NCBI GenBank assembly: GCA_949288175.1
Contig: CASEIV010000006.1
Location: 77-64,076 of the forward strand
Origin: an uncultured Eubacteriales bacterium
GTDB lineage: Bacteria; Bacillota; Clostridia; TANB77; CAG-508
Reading direction: 5' to 3'
Length of the DNA: 64,000 bases
Shown here: positions 11,122 through 20,940 of the stretch, piece by piece
Layout of the letters: every line of letters begins with the position of its first letter
Position numbering within the stretch: position 1 is the stretch's first letter
Translations under genes and position numbers: made by a program
The notes under the pieces: generated by a model
Database searches by the model: none
The model's input: only the letters and a program-made list of their open reading frames with translations
What the model was told of the DNA's origin: nothing

Positions 11122-11496
11122 TTATCTTTCTTCTCTTTCTTTACTTTCCTTTTTATTTGTTTGCCTTCTTGCTTTTTTTGGTCCTTTCTCTACATTTTGT
11201 GTTTTCATTTCTGCTTTTTTCATTTTTTGTCCTTTTTCTACTTTAAGTTTTCCATCTTTATATTCTTGCACAATCTTTTTGCTTGGTTTAACTTTTCCTG
11301 TCTTATATGAAGTCACCATTTCTGTTAATTTTTTAATATATTCTTCATCCTGGCTTTTTTCAACTTTTTTTACTCCTGCATTTATCTTACTCTGTTCTGC
11401 ATTCACAGGAGAACCACCTATTATACTAAATAAGGTAACTATTACATCTCTTATTCCTACACCATTTACTGGTTGTGTTCCTAAATTACTTTTCAT
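11122..11496 (-). CDS. Hypothetical Lys-rich small protein. The coding status is uncertain.
   Basis: ORF of 124 aa with weak RBS. N-terminal segment LFSIIGGSPVNAEQSK faintly resembles the GGxGGG...AQ motif at the end of AlaRS C-Ala domains. Confidence 0.3.
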   Translation of the reverse strand: MKSNLGTQPVNGVGIRDVIVTLFSIIGGSPVNAEQSKINAGVKKVEKSQDEEYIKKLTEMVTSYKTGKVKPSKKIVQEYKDGKLKVEKGQKMKKAEMKTQNVEKGPKKARRQTNKKESKEREER

Positions 11497-11574
11497 ATTC
11501 TAACTTAGAATCCTTTCTAAGATTTTCACCTCTTTTATTAAAAATAACTTTACAATTAATATTATAACATAAAA

Positions 11575-11599
11575 AGCCTTGTTAATCAAGGCTTTTTTA
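11575..11599. terminator. Bidirectional terminator hairpin aaaaagccttg-ttaat-caaggcttttttat downstream of alaS
   Basis: Perfect 8-bp GC-containing stem, with A-run and T-run flanks. Confidence 0.55.
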
Positions 11600-11675
11600 T
11601 CATTTTTCATTTTTTGCCATTTATTGGTATATTTTTCTTTATTTACCAATATATCTGAAACGCAAATGCTTCACA

Positions 11676-13433
11676 CTATTCCTTTATTAAAACAGCTTTA
11701 ATTCTTCTAATTCCTGAAGAACTTGATTCCTCTTTTTTAATCTTAAATCTTCCCATATCTCCTGTATGCGTTACGTGAGGTCCTCCACAAATTTCTTTAC
11801 TAAAATCACCAATGGTATATACCTTTACTTTGTCTCCATATTTATCTGTAAATAAACCAATAGCACCTAAATTTTTAGCATCTTCATAACTCATTTCTTC
11901 GCAAGTAACTTGTAAATCTCTTTGAATTTGTTCATTTACTAAATCTTCTACTTGTTGAATTTCTTCTTTTGTCATTTTTTGTGGATGTGTAAAGTCAAAA
12001 CGTAATCTTTCCTCTGTAATATTAGAACCACTTTGTTTTACATGGTCACCTAAAACTGTTCTTAATGCTTGATGTAATAAATGAGTTGCTGTATGATATG
12101 CAATCGTTTTTTCATTTTGGTCAGCAAGTCCACCTTTGAATTTTTGTGTACTTCCTTGTCTTGATTTTTCTTGATGTTCCTTAAATAATTTTTCAAATCC
12201 TTTTAAATCTACTGTCATATCATTTTCATCTGCCAATTCCTTTGTTACCTCTGGTGGGAATCCATAGGTGTCATATAATCTAAATACAACTTTTGCATCA
12301 ATTTCTGTGTTTCCGTTTTCTTTTGCTTTTTGCATTTCTTTTTGAAATTCTCTTTCTCCATGTGTTAATGTTTTTACAAACTTGTCTTTTTCTTCATTGA
12401 TGACATTTTTGATTGTTTCTCTATTTTGTTCTAGCTCTGGATACATTTCTTTTAAATTATCTACATTGATATCTATTAAATTTGATAATTCTGATAAATC
12501 AATTTGTAATTTATTCATATGTCTTATCATTCTACGAATTAATCTTCTTAAAACATATCCTCTATCAATATTACTTGGTCTTCCACCATCAGCAATAATC
12601 ATCATGCTTGAACGTAAGTGTTCTGCAATAATTCTTCTACTTTCTATATTATCTACTTTTTGTAGTTCTTGTACTTTTTCCATAACTGGTAAGAATAATT
12701 CTGTATCAAATGGTGTTTCTTTACCTTGTAATAACATGGTCATTCTTTCTAACCCTAAACCAGTATCGACATTTTGTTGTTTTAATTTAGAATATCCATT
12801 TTTATCTTTGTAATATTCCATAAACACATTATTCCAAATTTCTACATATTTACCACAATCGCAAGAAGGTTGGCAATCTGGTCCACATGCTGGCTTACCT
12901 GTATCATAGAACATTTCTGTATCTGGTCCACATGGTCCTTCTTCTCCTGCAATCCACCAGTTGTCATCTTTTCCATAAAAATAAATATGACCATCTAAGA
13001 TTCCAGCCTCTTTCCATACTTTTGCTGAAACCTCATCTCTTGGGCAATCCTCATCTCCTGCAAAACAAGTAACAGATAACTTTTCTACTGGTATTTGTAG
13101 CTCTTTCGTCAAAAACTCAAAACTCATTTTAATAGACTCTTCTTTGAAATAATCTCCTAAAGACCAATTTCCAAGCATCTCAAAATATGTTAAATGTCTA
13201 TTATCACCAACCTCATCAATATCATTTGTTCTTACACATTTTTGATAATCTGTTAATCTTGTACCCTCTGGGTGTTTCTCACCTAATAAATAAGGCACTA
13301 ATGGTTGCATACCAGCAGTTGTAAACAAAACAGATGGATCATTTTCTGGTATCAATGAAGCTGATGGAATAACTGCATGTCCATGCTTTTTAAAAAAATC
13401 TAAATATTTGTTTCTAATTTCAATTGCTTTCAT
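11676..13433 (-). CDS. alaS: Alanine--tRNA ligase, short form (585 aa). It has the catalytic and tRNA-recognition region plus a compact editing domain, but no C-Ala domain.
   Basis: MKAIEIRNKYLDFFKKHGH...FTTAGMQP...class II AlaRS motifs. Editing-domain HxxxH (HTATHLLH) and CGGPHV motifs are present. The ORF ends right after the editing domain. Confidence 0.85.
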   Translation of the reverse strand: MKAIEIRNKYLDFFKKHGHAVIPSASLIPENDPSVLFTTAGMQPLVPYLLGEKHPEGTRLTDYQKCVRTNDIDEVGDNRHLTYFEMLGNWSLGDYFKEESIKMSFEFLTKELQIPVEKLSVTCFAGDEDCPRDEVSAKVWKEAGILDGHIYFYGKDDNWWIAGEEGPCGPDTEMFYDTGKPACGPDCQPSCDCGKYVEIWNNVFMEYYKDKNGYSKLKQQNVDTGLGLERMTMLLQGKETPFDTELFLPVMEKVQELQKVDNIESRRIIAEHLRSSMMIIADGGRPSNIDRGYVLRRLIRRMIRHMNKLQIDLSELSNLIDINVDNLKEMYPELEQNRETIKNVINEEKDKFVKTLTHGEREFQKEMQKAKENGNTEIDAKVVFRLYDTYGFPPEVTKELADENDMTVDLKGFEKLFKEHQEKSRQGSTQKFKGGLADQNEKTIAYHTATHLLHQALRTVLGDHVKQSGSNITEERLRFDFTHPQKMTKEEIQQVEDLVNEQIQRDLQVTCEEMSYEDAKNLGAIGLFTDKYGDKVKVYTIGDFSKEICGGPHVTHTGDMGRFKIKKEESSSSGIRRIKAVLIKE

Positions 13434-13453
13434 TTAAAATTCTTCCCTTCTTT

Positions 13454-13526
13454 TGTCGCATTAGGTTCGTTTGTCTGTGCGACATTTTTGGTCATGTCGC
13501 ATTGGGTTCGTTTGTCTATGCGACAT
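13454..13526. repeat. REP-like family 1 locus B (two hairpin units), about 20 nt upstream of the alaS RBS
   Basis: TGTCGCATTAGGTTCGTTTGTCTGTGCGACATT and TGTCGCATTGGGTTCGTTTGTCTATGCGACATT. Confidence 0.7.
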
Positions 13527-13574
13527 TTTATATAATAACATTAGCATTATACTGTATTTATGAAAAAAAATCAA

Positions 13575-13612
13575 GGGTCCGTTGGGACCTAGTCCGTTTG
13601 GGTCTGTTTCAC
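13575..13612. repeat. Family 2 repeat (GGGTCCGTTGGGACCTAGTCCGTTTGGGTCTGTTTCAC). It is related to 30958..31045 and to 7100..7140.
   Basis: Sequence similarity among the three loci (GG-TCYRTTRGGACCTAGTCYGTTTRGGG). Confidence 0.5.
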
Positions 13613-13869
13613 ATTTCTACTAAAATTAAATCTTCTCCTATACATTTTACATTTTTCCACGGAATGGATATTTCATTATTCGTTTTAAATATATTCATTA
13701 ATTTTTTTCCTGATCCTGGAACAATAATATGTGTAATATTACCTGTTTCTAAATCTGCACATACATCTTGTACATATCCTAACCTTCTTCCATCAGTAAT
13801 ATTGATGACTTCTTTATGTTTAAAGTCTAATCCTTTTTCTTGCATTATGTACCTCCTTTTATCGGTCAA
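13609..13869 (-). CDS. ylmC: YlmC/YmxH family sporulation protein (PRC-barrel)
   Basis: MTDKRRYIMQEKGLDFKHKEVINITDGRRLGYVQDVCADLETGNITHIIVPG matches YlmC/YmxH. Confidence 0.7.
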   Translation of the reverse strand: MTDKRRYIMQEKGLDFKHKEVINITDGRRLGYVQDVCADLETGNITHIIVPGSGKKLMNIFKTNNEISIPWKNVKCIGEDLILVEM

Positions 13870-14113
13870 AATTTCATTATTTATAATAATATATTCATAA
13901 ATTTATAAAAATTGACATTGTATTTTCTTTCTTAGTTTATCTTTCGATATGGAGCCTCTTTAAATATTATTTCTAAAGTTCACTCTTAGAAAACCAAAAA
14001 GAAACAAACCATTCCTTTAGGTCTGTCCCTTTTGTTCAGTTTTTTAACATTGAGTAACATTGAGTGCAGGTAAAAACGTTCAATTTTTGAACGTTTTGGC
14101 CTGTCCCTATCGT

Positions 14114-14887
14114 TCACTTATATAATCTTTTGATGTGTTGTATAGCTGTTTTTTCTAGTCTTGATACTTGTGCTTGTGATATGCCGATTTCTTCTGCTAC
14201 TTCCATTTGGGTTCTACCGTCAAAAAATCGTTTATTGATAATCATTCTTTCTTTTTCATTTAATTTTTCCATTGCTCCTTTTATTGTAATTTTTTCTGCC
14301 CATAATTCATCCGTATTTTTACTATCTTTTACTTGGTCCATGATATAGATACTTTCTGAACCATCATTATATACTGGCTCTTGTAAAGAAACAGGGTCTT
14401 GTATGGCATCCAAACTAAAGGCAATATCTTCTTTTGTTACTTCCAATTCTTTGGCAATTTCCTCTACATTTGGCTCTTTTCCATGTTCTTTTGTATATCG
14501 TTCTTTAAATTGTATCACTTTATACGCTAAATCTCTTACTGATCTACTGACTCTTATACTATTATTGTCTCGTAAATATCGTTTTACTTCTCCAATAATC
14601 ATAGGTACTGCATATGTGCTAAATTGTACATTTTGACTTAAGTCAAAATTGTCAATTGCTTTAATCAATCCCACACATCCTACTTGAAATAAGTCATCTG
14701 CATTTTCTCCTCTTCCGTAAAATCTTTGTATGACGCTTAATACTAATCTTAAATTTCCATTGATAAATGTATTTCTTGCTTCTTCATCTCCTGCTTTTAT
14801 TTTTACAAAAAGTGCTTCCTTTTCTTCTTTACTTAGTAATGGTAAATTTGATGTATTTACTCCACAGATTTCAACTTTATTTAGCAA
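14114..14887 (-). CDS. sigG: RNA polymerase sporulation sigma factor SigG (TTG start after GGAGG)
   Basis: MLNKVEICGVNTSNLPLL... sigma-70 regions 2-4. Gene order spoIIGA-sigE-sigG. Confidence 0.85.
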   Translation of the reverse strand: MLNKVEICGVNTSNLPLLSKEEKEALFVKIKAGDEEARNTFINGNLRLVLSVIQRFYGRGENADDLFQVGCVGLIKAIDNFDLSQNVQFSTYAVPMIIGEVKRYLRDNNSIRVSRSVRDLAYKVIQFKERYTKEHGKEPNVEEIAKELEVTKEDIAFSLDAIQDPVSLQEPVYNDGSESIYIMDQVKDSKNTDELWAEKITIKGAMEKLNEKERMIINKRFFDGRTQMEVAEEIGISQAQVSRLEKTAIQHIKRLYK

Positions 14888-14950
14888 AAAGAAAACCTCC
14901 TTTTAAAAATACTTACTATCAGTATTTCCTAAAAAGAGATTTCTATTCGT

Positions 14951-15697
14951 TTATCCAATTTTACTCACAATATCTTTTTTCATCTTATTAATAATTTTCT
15001 TTTCTAATCTTGATATATAACTTTGCGAAATGCCAAGTTCATCTGCTACTTCTTTTTGCGTTTTTTCTTTACCTGTTTTAAATCCAAATCGCATTTCCAT
15101 GATATTTTTTTCTCTATCATTTAATTTTAAGACAGCTGCTCGAAGTAAAGTTTTATCTACTTCATCTTCTAAATTTCTAGATGTAATATCTGGCTCTGTT
15201 CCTAATATATCTGAAAGTAATAGCTCGTTTCCATCACCATCTTTATTTAATGGTTCATCTATAGAAATTTCACCTTTAATTTTATTGCTTTTTCTCAAAT
15301 GCATCAAAATTTCATTTTCTATACATCTAGAAGCATATGTTGCCAATTTTATTTTCTTTTCATTATTAAAGGTATTTACCCCTTTCATAAGGCCAATAGT
15401 TCCAATAGATATCAAATCTTCAATACCAATCCCTGTATTTTCAAATTTTTTGGCAATATATACAACCAATCTCAAATTTCTTTCCACTAACACCTGTCTT
15501 GCTTCTAAATTATTTTCTTCTGATAATTTTTTTATATAAAATTCTTCCTCTTCTAGTGGTAATGGTGGTGGGAGTGTTTGGCTACCTGCTATGTAAAATA
15601 TCGGCAAATATTCTATCTCATCATCATCATTCAAATATTTGGCACATATGGTATGGATACTATTTTTCACAAAATCAATTATTTTCATTTTAATCAA
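14951..15697 (-). CDS. sigE: Pro-sigma-E sporulation sigma factor
   Basis: [12 protein letters not shown]...[39 protein letters not shown] is nearly identical in pattern to B. subtilis SigE. Confidence 0.85.
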   Translation of the reverse strand: MIKMKIIDFVKNSIHTICAKYLNDDDEIEYLPIFYIAGSQTLPPPLPLEEEEFYIKKLSEENNLEARQVLVERNLRLVVYIAKKFENTGIGIEDLISIGTIGLMKGVNTFNNEKKIKLATYASRCIENEILMHLRKSNKIKGEISIDEPLNKDGDGNELLLSDILGTEPDITSRNLEDEVDKTLLRAAVLKLNDREKNIMEMRFGFKTGKEKTQKEVADELGISQSYISRLEKKIINKMKKDIVSKIG

Positions 15698-15705
15698 CTC
15701 CTTTT

Positions 15706-15827
15706 TGTCGCATTAGGTTCGTTTGTCTACGCGACATTTTTTGTCTCGTTGGGTTCGTTTGTCTACGCGACATTTTTGTTTTGTCACATTGATGTCGCAA
15801 ACAAAAACGAACCCAATGCGACACTAC
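15706..15827. repeat. REP-like family 1 locus C (three or four units) between the spoIIGA stop and the sigE start
   Basis: TGTCGCATTAGGTTCGTTTGTCTACGCGACATT x2 plus GATGTCGCAAACAAAAACGAACCCAATGCGACAC. Confidence 0.7.
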
Positions 15828-16711
15828 ATTAATTCAATTCCTAATAAAGCCCTATACTCTCCCCTTTTTGTTAATGATTTGTTATAAATCCCAATGATGA
15901 CATTTTCCTTTGTTTTCCTCTCTTCTTCATTCTCTATAACAACTTTCTCCGCTTTTATTCCTAGTAACATTCCATTTTGTTTTCCAAGTGATGAAAATGG
16001 AATCACTTTTAATTTGGGCATATATTCTTCTTTGATATTTTTAGGTATTTCACTGAAATCACCTCCTAAAATATTTTCTAGATGATTTAATATTTCTTTT
16101 GGTATACAATCATATAACAGTGTGTGTTCTACTACAATAACAGGTGTATTGGTAATTGGTTCTTTTAAAAAATTTCCTGTATCCATCATTGCTTTTGTTT
16201 CTATTTCTTTATGGTTTAATTTTATCTTGATATGGCAATACATATCTTTTGCAGATATTTTATTTTTTACCACCTTAAAACCAATAGTAATAATGACAAA
16301 TGCAATGATGGCTGATATAAAAATGACCTTCAAGGAATTAGCATTTAATACTAATCCATTATTTCTTAATATTTCTTGTGGCTTTACAATATAAATTAAC
16401 GCAAAAGCTGCTCCCCCAAAAACAAAAGAGGTTAAATAAAATATTAATGTAAATTTGAATAATTTTTTGACACTCTTCGGATTAAATGCTATGTAGATAA
16501 TCATCAGAGATAATACAAATTTTAAAAATATATTCGAATATATTTTTAAAGCTGAAATATAAGCAATAATGGTATATATTGCTCCTACTAGACTTGCTAA
16601 AATTAATCGTGTATGTTTTATTTGTATTTTTAAAATAACACCTGTAGCAAATAAAATAATATAATTCATTAACAAATTTTCTATGAATACAACATCTATA
16701 TATATTGTCAT
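15824..16711 (-). CDS. spoIIGA: Sigma-E processing peptidase SpoIIGA
   Basis: MTIYIDVVFIENLLMNYIILF... multi-TM N-terminus and the MDTGN aspartic protease motif. Confidence 0.8.
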   Translation of the reverse strand: MTIYIDVVFIENLLMNYIILFATGVILKIQIKHTRLILASLVGAIYTIIAYISALKIYSNIFLKFVLSLMIIYIAFNPKSVKKLFKFTLIFYLTSFVFGGAAFALIYIVKPQEILRNNGLVLNANSLKVIFISAIIAFVIITIGFKVVKNKISAKDMYCHIKIKLNHKEIETKAMMDTGNFLKEPITNTPVIVVEHTLLYDCIPKEILNHLENILGGDFSEIPKNIKEEYMPKLKVIPFSSLGKQNGMLLGIKAEKVVIENEEERKTKENVIIGIYNKSLTKRGEYRALLGIELM

Positions 16712-16853
16712 CTGTTAATCACCTGCTTATCTATTCTACTACCTATTTATTAAAAAAACTGTCCTTTCTTATTGTAAAAAAAAAGAAATAATCGATAAAT
16801 TTCGATTACTTCTTTATGTTTATAGAGTTTTTTCTGTATGATTTGATATTTCA

Positions 16854-17975
16854 TTACATATTTTTATTTTTATTCTTTCTCAAGAAAGATGGTATATCTA
16901 AATCATTTTGTGAATTGTTTACTTCTGAACTTGCTGGAATAGAATTAATTTTCTTTTCCCAAGTTTTTGATACAATATTATCTACTCCAATACTTGAGAT
17001 TGGTTCATTTTTTTCAAATCCTGTTGCAATAACGGTGATTTGAATTTCATCTTCCATTGTAGGATCTGTTACTGTACCAAAGATAATATTTGCTTCTGGG
17101 TCAACACTGCGTTGAACTAATTCTGCTGCTGTATTTACTTCATGTAATCCTAAGTCTTCTCCACCAGTAATATTGATGATAACACCTTTTGCTCCTTCAA
17201 TTGATGTTTCTAGTAATGGACTTTGGATAGCTTCTTTTGCTGCATCTTCTGCTCTGTTTTCTCCTCCTGCTCTACCAACACCCATATGTGCCATACCTTG
17301 ATTTAACATGATTGTTTTTACATCAGCAAAGTCTAAGTTTACAAGTCCTGGAATAGCGATTAAGTCTGATATACCTTGTACACCTTGTCTTAATACATCA
17401 TCAGCCATTTTGAATGCTTCTATGATTGATGTTTTTCTATCAATAATTTGTAATAGTTTATCATTTGGTATAACAACTAATGTATCTACTTTTCCTTTTA
17501 AACTTTCAATTCCTCTTTCTGCTTGTGAAAGTCTTTTCTTTCCTTCAAATGTAAATGGTTTTGTAACAACACCAATGGTTAAGATTCCCATTTCTTTTGC
17601 AGCTTGTGCAACAACTGGTGCAGCTCCTGTACCTGTTCCTCCACCCATTCCAGCTGTAACAAATACCATATCTGCTCCTCTTAATACTTCTGCTAATTCT
17701 CCTTTGCTTTCTTCTGCTGATTGTGCTCCAATATCAGGGTTTGCTCCTGCTCCTAATCCTCTTGTAATTTTTTCCCCTATTTGAATTTTTGTATTTGCTT
17801 TTGAAGTTTGAAGTGCTTGTCTATCTGTATTAACAGCAATAAAGTCTACTCCTTTAATTCCTGCATCTATCATTCTATTAACGGCATTGTTTCCTGCTCC
17901 TCCAACACCTATAACCTTTATTGTTGCTGTTCCATCCATCATTGTAATATTATTATCATCATTGTAATCCATCAT
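16854..17975 (-). CDS. ftsZ: Cell division GTPase FtsZ
   Basis: [17 protein letters not shown]...[17 protein letters not shown] tubulin/FtsZ signature. RBS GGGAGG. Confidence 0.9.
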   Translation of the reverse strand: MMDYNDDNNITMMDGTATIKVIGVGGAGNNAVNRMIDAGIKGVDFIAVNTDRQALQTSKANTKIQIGEKITRGLGAGANPDIGAQSAEESKGELAEVLRGADMVFVTAGMGGGTGTGAAPVVAQAAKEMGILTIGVVTKPFTFEGKKRLSQAERGIESLKGKVDTLVVIPNDKLLQIIDRKTSIIEAFKMADDVLRQGVQGISDLIAIPGLVNLDFADVKTIMLNQGMAHMGVGRAGGENRAEDAAKEAIQSPLLETSIEGAKGVIINITGGEDLGLHEVNTAAELVQRSVDPEANIIFGTVTDPTMEDEIQITVIATGFEKNEPISSIGVDNIVSKTWEKKINSIPASSEVNNSQNDLDIPSFLRKNKNKNM

Positions 17976-18020
17976 TTAGTTTTTCCTCCCTTATCTTTTT
18001 TATATTTTAAAATTAATATC

Positions 18021-19250
18021 TTATGTATAAAAAAACTCTTTTATTTTTTCTAAAATCGTTTTAAATACATTTTCATTGTTTTGTGTATCTATACTGCTTG
18101 AAACAGTTTTTGCAAATGGTCTTGCTGCTATATATCTAACTAATGCATAACTTGTCCTATATGTTGGTTTTACAGTACTGATTGCTCTTCCTGTTGAAAT
18201 TTTGACTGGAATATTTAAATTGATTTTTCCTGCTACATCACTTTTATTGATATTAACAATGCCTTGTCCTGTTAAAACAACATTATTAATTTTATGTTTT
18301 AATCCATTATTGGTTATATCCTTATTAATAATTGAAAACATTTCTTCTATTCTTGCTTCAATAATTTCTATTAATTCAGAACTTTTGATAATCCTATTTT
18401 TGTTTTCATCTTTTGATGTATTTAATATAATGTCATTATCATTATCAATAAAAGATTTTAATGCCAATCCATATTGTCTTTTTAATTTGTCTGCTTCTTC
18501 TTCTGAAATATTTAATACGACTGCAATATCATTTGTGATATTGTCTCCTCCCAATGGGATGGAATTAGTGTATATAAAACTACTACCTTCAAAAACACCT
18601 ATATCAATATTCCCTGCACCTATATCTAATAACATGATGTTATCATGTAATTCATTACTATCTAATATTAAGTTTCTTTCTGCTAATGTGATTGGTACAA
18701 TTCCATCAATTTCTAAATCTGCTTTTTTAAATATATTGTGTAGTTGTCTTACATAATCTTTATCTGCTAATATAATTTGAGCACTAATGGTAAAACTTGA
18801 ACTTAAGTTTCCTACTGGATCTGTTACGACTGTTCCATTATCTAATGTAATTTTATCTGGAACAATATCAATTAATGTCTTTCCATCTGGTATTTCAATG
18901 TCTTTTACTTGCATAATGGCATTTTGTACATCTCTTACAGATACTCCAGAATACTTGTCCTTTACCTCTTTGGTTATCGAATTTTGGACAATTGTTACAT
19001 ATTTTCCTGGAATCGTTACATATGCTGAATTGATTTTTAAGTTGGTTTCTTCTTCAGCATCTTTTATTGTTTTGGCTATACTTAAGCTTATTTCGTCTTC
19101 ATTAATAATTTTGCATTTTTTTAGTCCACTACATTTATATGAGGTATTGCTAATAATCTCAATTTGACCAAAATTGTTGACTTCCCCTACAACGGTACAA
19201 ACCTTACTTGTGCCTATGTCAATACCTACTATGATATCACCGATTGCCAA
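18021..19250 (-). CDS. ftsA: Cell division protein FtsA (TTG start after GGAGG)
   Basis: (L)AIGDIIVGIDIGTSKVCTVVGE... actin-like ATPase motifs. The track ORF extends upstream without an RBS. Confidence 0.8.
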   Translation of the reverse strand: MAIGDIIVGIDIGTSKVCTVVGEVNNFGQIEIISNTSYKCSGLKKCKIINEDEISLSIAKTIKDAEEETNLKINSAYVTIPGKYVTIVQNSITKEVKDKYSGVSVRDVQNAIMQVKDIEIPDGKTLIDIVPDKITLDNGTVVTDPVGNLSSSFTISAQIILADKDYVRQLHNIFKKADLEIDGIVPITLAERNLILDSNELHDNIMLLDIGAGNIDIGVFEGSSFIYTNSIPLGGDNITNDIAVVLNISEEEADKLKRQYGLALKSFIDNDNDIILNTSKDENKNRIIKSSELIEIIEARIEEMFSIINKDITNNGLKHKINNVVLTGQGIVNINKSDVAGKINLNIPVKISTGRAISTVKPTYRTSYALVRYIAARPFAKTVSSSIDTQNNENVFKTILEKIKEFFYT

Positions 19251-19591
19251 GTTAATTCCTCCATTTATTAGTATATTTTTTCTAAGTGTATATATATTAC
19301 ATTTTAAAAAAAATGTCAATAGTAATTGTAATATTTTTGTAACATTTTTGCAATAATGTTGTAACACTTAAAAAAGTTATTTTTCTTTTCTTATTTTGTT
19401 TTTTTCCTGATTTTTATTGTATTTTTTCATTTAAATAAGAGTTAATCTTAACCCTCTTTTTATGGACCATATTGTTAATTTTAAGACAAACTCTTATTTA
19501 TTTTTATATTAACCTATGTTTTTCTGATTATAACACAATCTTCGCTTCTAGCTTCTATTTTTCCCTATATGGAGTTTTTTATATATCCATA

Positions 19592-20005
19592 TTAAGCTTC
19601 TTGTTTATCTTCTTTATTATCTTTTTCAGATGCTTTTTCCTTTTTAGATGCTTTTTCTTTTATCATATCTGACCATTTTTCTACATAATATCTTCTAATG
19701 GTTCCTAGATTCATAAACATTCTCCAAACAAAAACAACAATGGCAGCTAAATAAATATCCACATTTAATTTTTGACCTAAAATAGTCAATAATATAGCTA
19801 AAATTGCATTTCCAAAAAATCCTGATATGAATATTTTTAAATCAAAATTCTTTTTGATAACAGAAGCAATTCCTCCAAATACAGAATCCAATGCTGCTAT
19901 AATAGCAATCGCTAAATAACTTGAATACGTATAAGAAATTATTGGTGCATTTAGGCCTAAAATTGCTCCTAAAACACACCCTATTAATATTGCAATAAAT
20001 ATCAT
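19592..20005 (-). CDS. sbp: Small basic protein Sbp (DUF1290)
   Basis: 137-aa membrane protein in the conserved position between the DUF881 genes and ftsA, as in B. subtilis ylxW-ylxX-sbp-ftsA. Confidence 0.6.
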   Translation of the reverse strand: MIFIAILIGCVLGAILGLNAPIISYTYSSYLAIAIIAALDSVFGGIASVIKKNFDLKIFISGFFGNAILAILLTILGQKLNVDIYLAAIVVFVWRMFMNLGTIRRYYVEKWSDMIKEKASKKEKASEKDNKEDKQEA

Positions 20006-20019
20006 GTTCTTCCCATTCC

Positions 20020-20096
20020 TTTCTTTCTATGTCTCATTGGGATCGTTTGTCTATGCGACATTTTGGCTGTGAATGTCTCATTGACAAACGAACCTA
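20020..20096. repeat. REP-like family 1 locus D
   Basis: TGTCTCATTGGGATCGTTTGTCTATGCGACATT ... AATGTCTCATTGACAAACGAACCTAATGCGACATT. Confidence 0.7.
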
Positions 20097-20105
20097 ATGC
20101 GACAT

Positions 20106-20807
20106 TTATTCTATATATCTCGTTTCAATCTCTCCTTTATATTTTCCGATTGTTATATCATTATCTTTTTCAATGGTTACTGTATGTCCTAAAGTTTGTA
20201 ATTCTTCTACTTTACCTCCAGTTCCTGTTACTGCACTCTCCATATGAGATTGATTTCCTATCACTTTTATTACATAAGGTTCTAATATTCTTTGTCCATT
20301 GACTTTTATAAAAGAACCTGATGTAATATATACGATATCTGTTGTATTTACAATTCTTTCATCATTAATCGATATTGCCTCTGCTCCTGCAAATTTTAGT
20401 GCATTTACTATAACTAATAAATCATCAGCTGTAATAGATGCCATATTTTCACCACTTTTTAAAGTCATAATGATTCCTTCTCCATGCACATCTGTTAATC
20501 CTAACAATGTGTTGGTTTGTTCTAATTCTTCTTGCACTAATTGGCTGGCTTCATTACTTGATTTCTCATCATTTTTATATTCTTCAATTCTTTGTGTTAC
20601 TTCTTGATATTGTGCATCAATCTCTTCATATCTTGTTTTCCAATTTGCTAATTCTGTCTTTAATTCTGATTCCTGCATCTCTTCAATTGCAGTTATATCT
20701 GTCTCATTTACTACTTTAAACTGCATCATCATAACGGTTACTAATGCAAAACAGGCAATCCCTATTGTAATTGTCATAGCAATTTTACCTTTTTTCATCT
20801 TTTTCAT
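20106..20807 (-). CDS. DUF881 family protein (YlxW/YlxX-like). The start is reassigned to MKKMKKGK because the upstream MSMRH extension is repeat-derived.
   Basis: AGAEAISINDERI... DUF881 signature and an N-terminal TM. Confidence 0.7.
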   Translation of the reverse strand: MKKMKKGKIAMTITIGIACFALVTVMMMQFKVVNETDITAIEEMQESELKTELANWKTRYEEIDAQYQEVTQRIEEYKNDEKSSNEASQLVQEELEQTNTLLGLTDVHGEGIIMTLKSGENMASITADDLLVIVNALKFAGAEAISINDERIVNTTDIVYITSGSFIKVNGQRILEPYVIKVIGNQSHMESAVTGTGGKVEELQTLGHTVTIEKDNDITIGKYKGEIETRYIE

Positions 20808-20849
20808 TCCTTTCTTTAGTCCAAATTGGCTATCCAATTGAAGGACAAT

Positions 20850-20940
20850 TGAGCATTGACTTCGTTTTGTCCCATTGAGTTCGTTTGTCTGTGAGACATT
20901 TTGTGAATGTCGCATTGACAAACGAACCTAATGCGACATT
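20850..20940. repeat. REP-like family 1 locus E
   Basis: ...GTCCCATTGAGTTCGTTTGTCTGTGAGACATT TTGTG AATGTCGCATTGACAAACGAACCTAATGCGACATT is almost identical to the right half of locus A. Confidence 0.7.

Noticed and set aside
13434-13608. T-box riboswitch expected upstream of alaS
   Set aside because: No T-box consensus (AATTAGGGTGGNACCGCG) is present. The leader is occupied by the REP-like repeats instead.
16712-16853. Possible Spo0A boxes (TCGAT half-sites) in the spoIIGA promoter
   Set aside because: Only partial matches to TGTCGAA. This cannot be distinguished from chance in AT-rich DNA without a scan and statistics.
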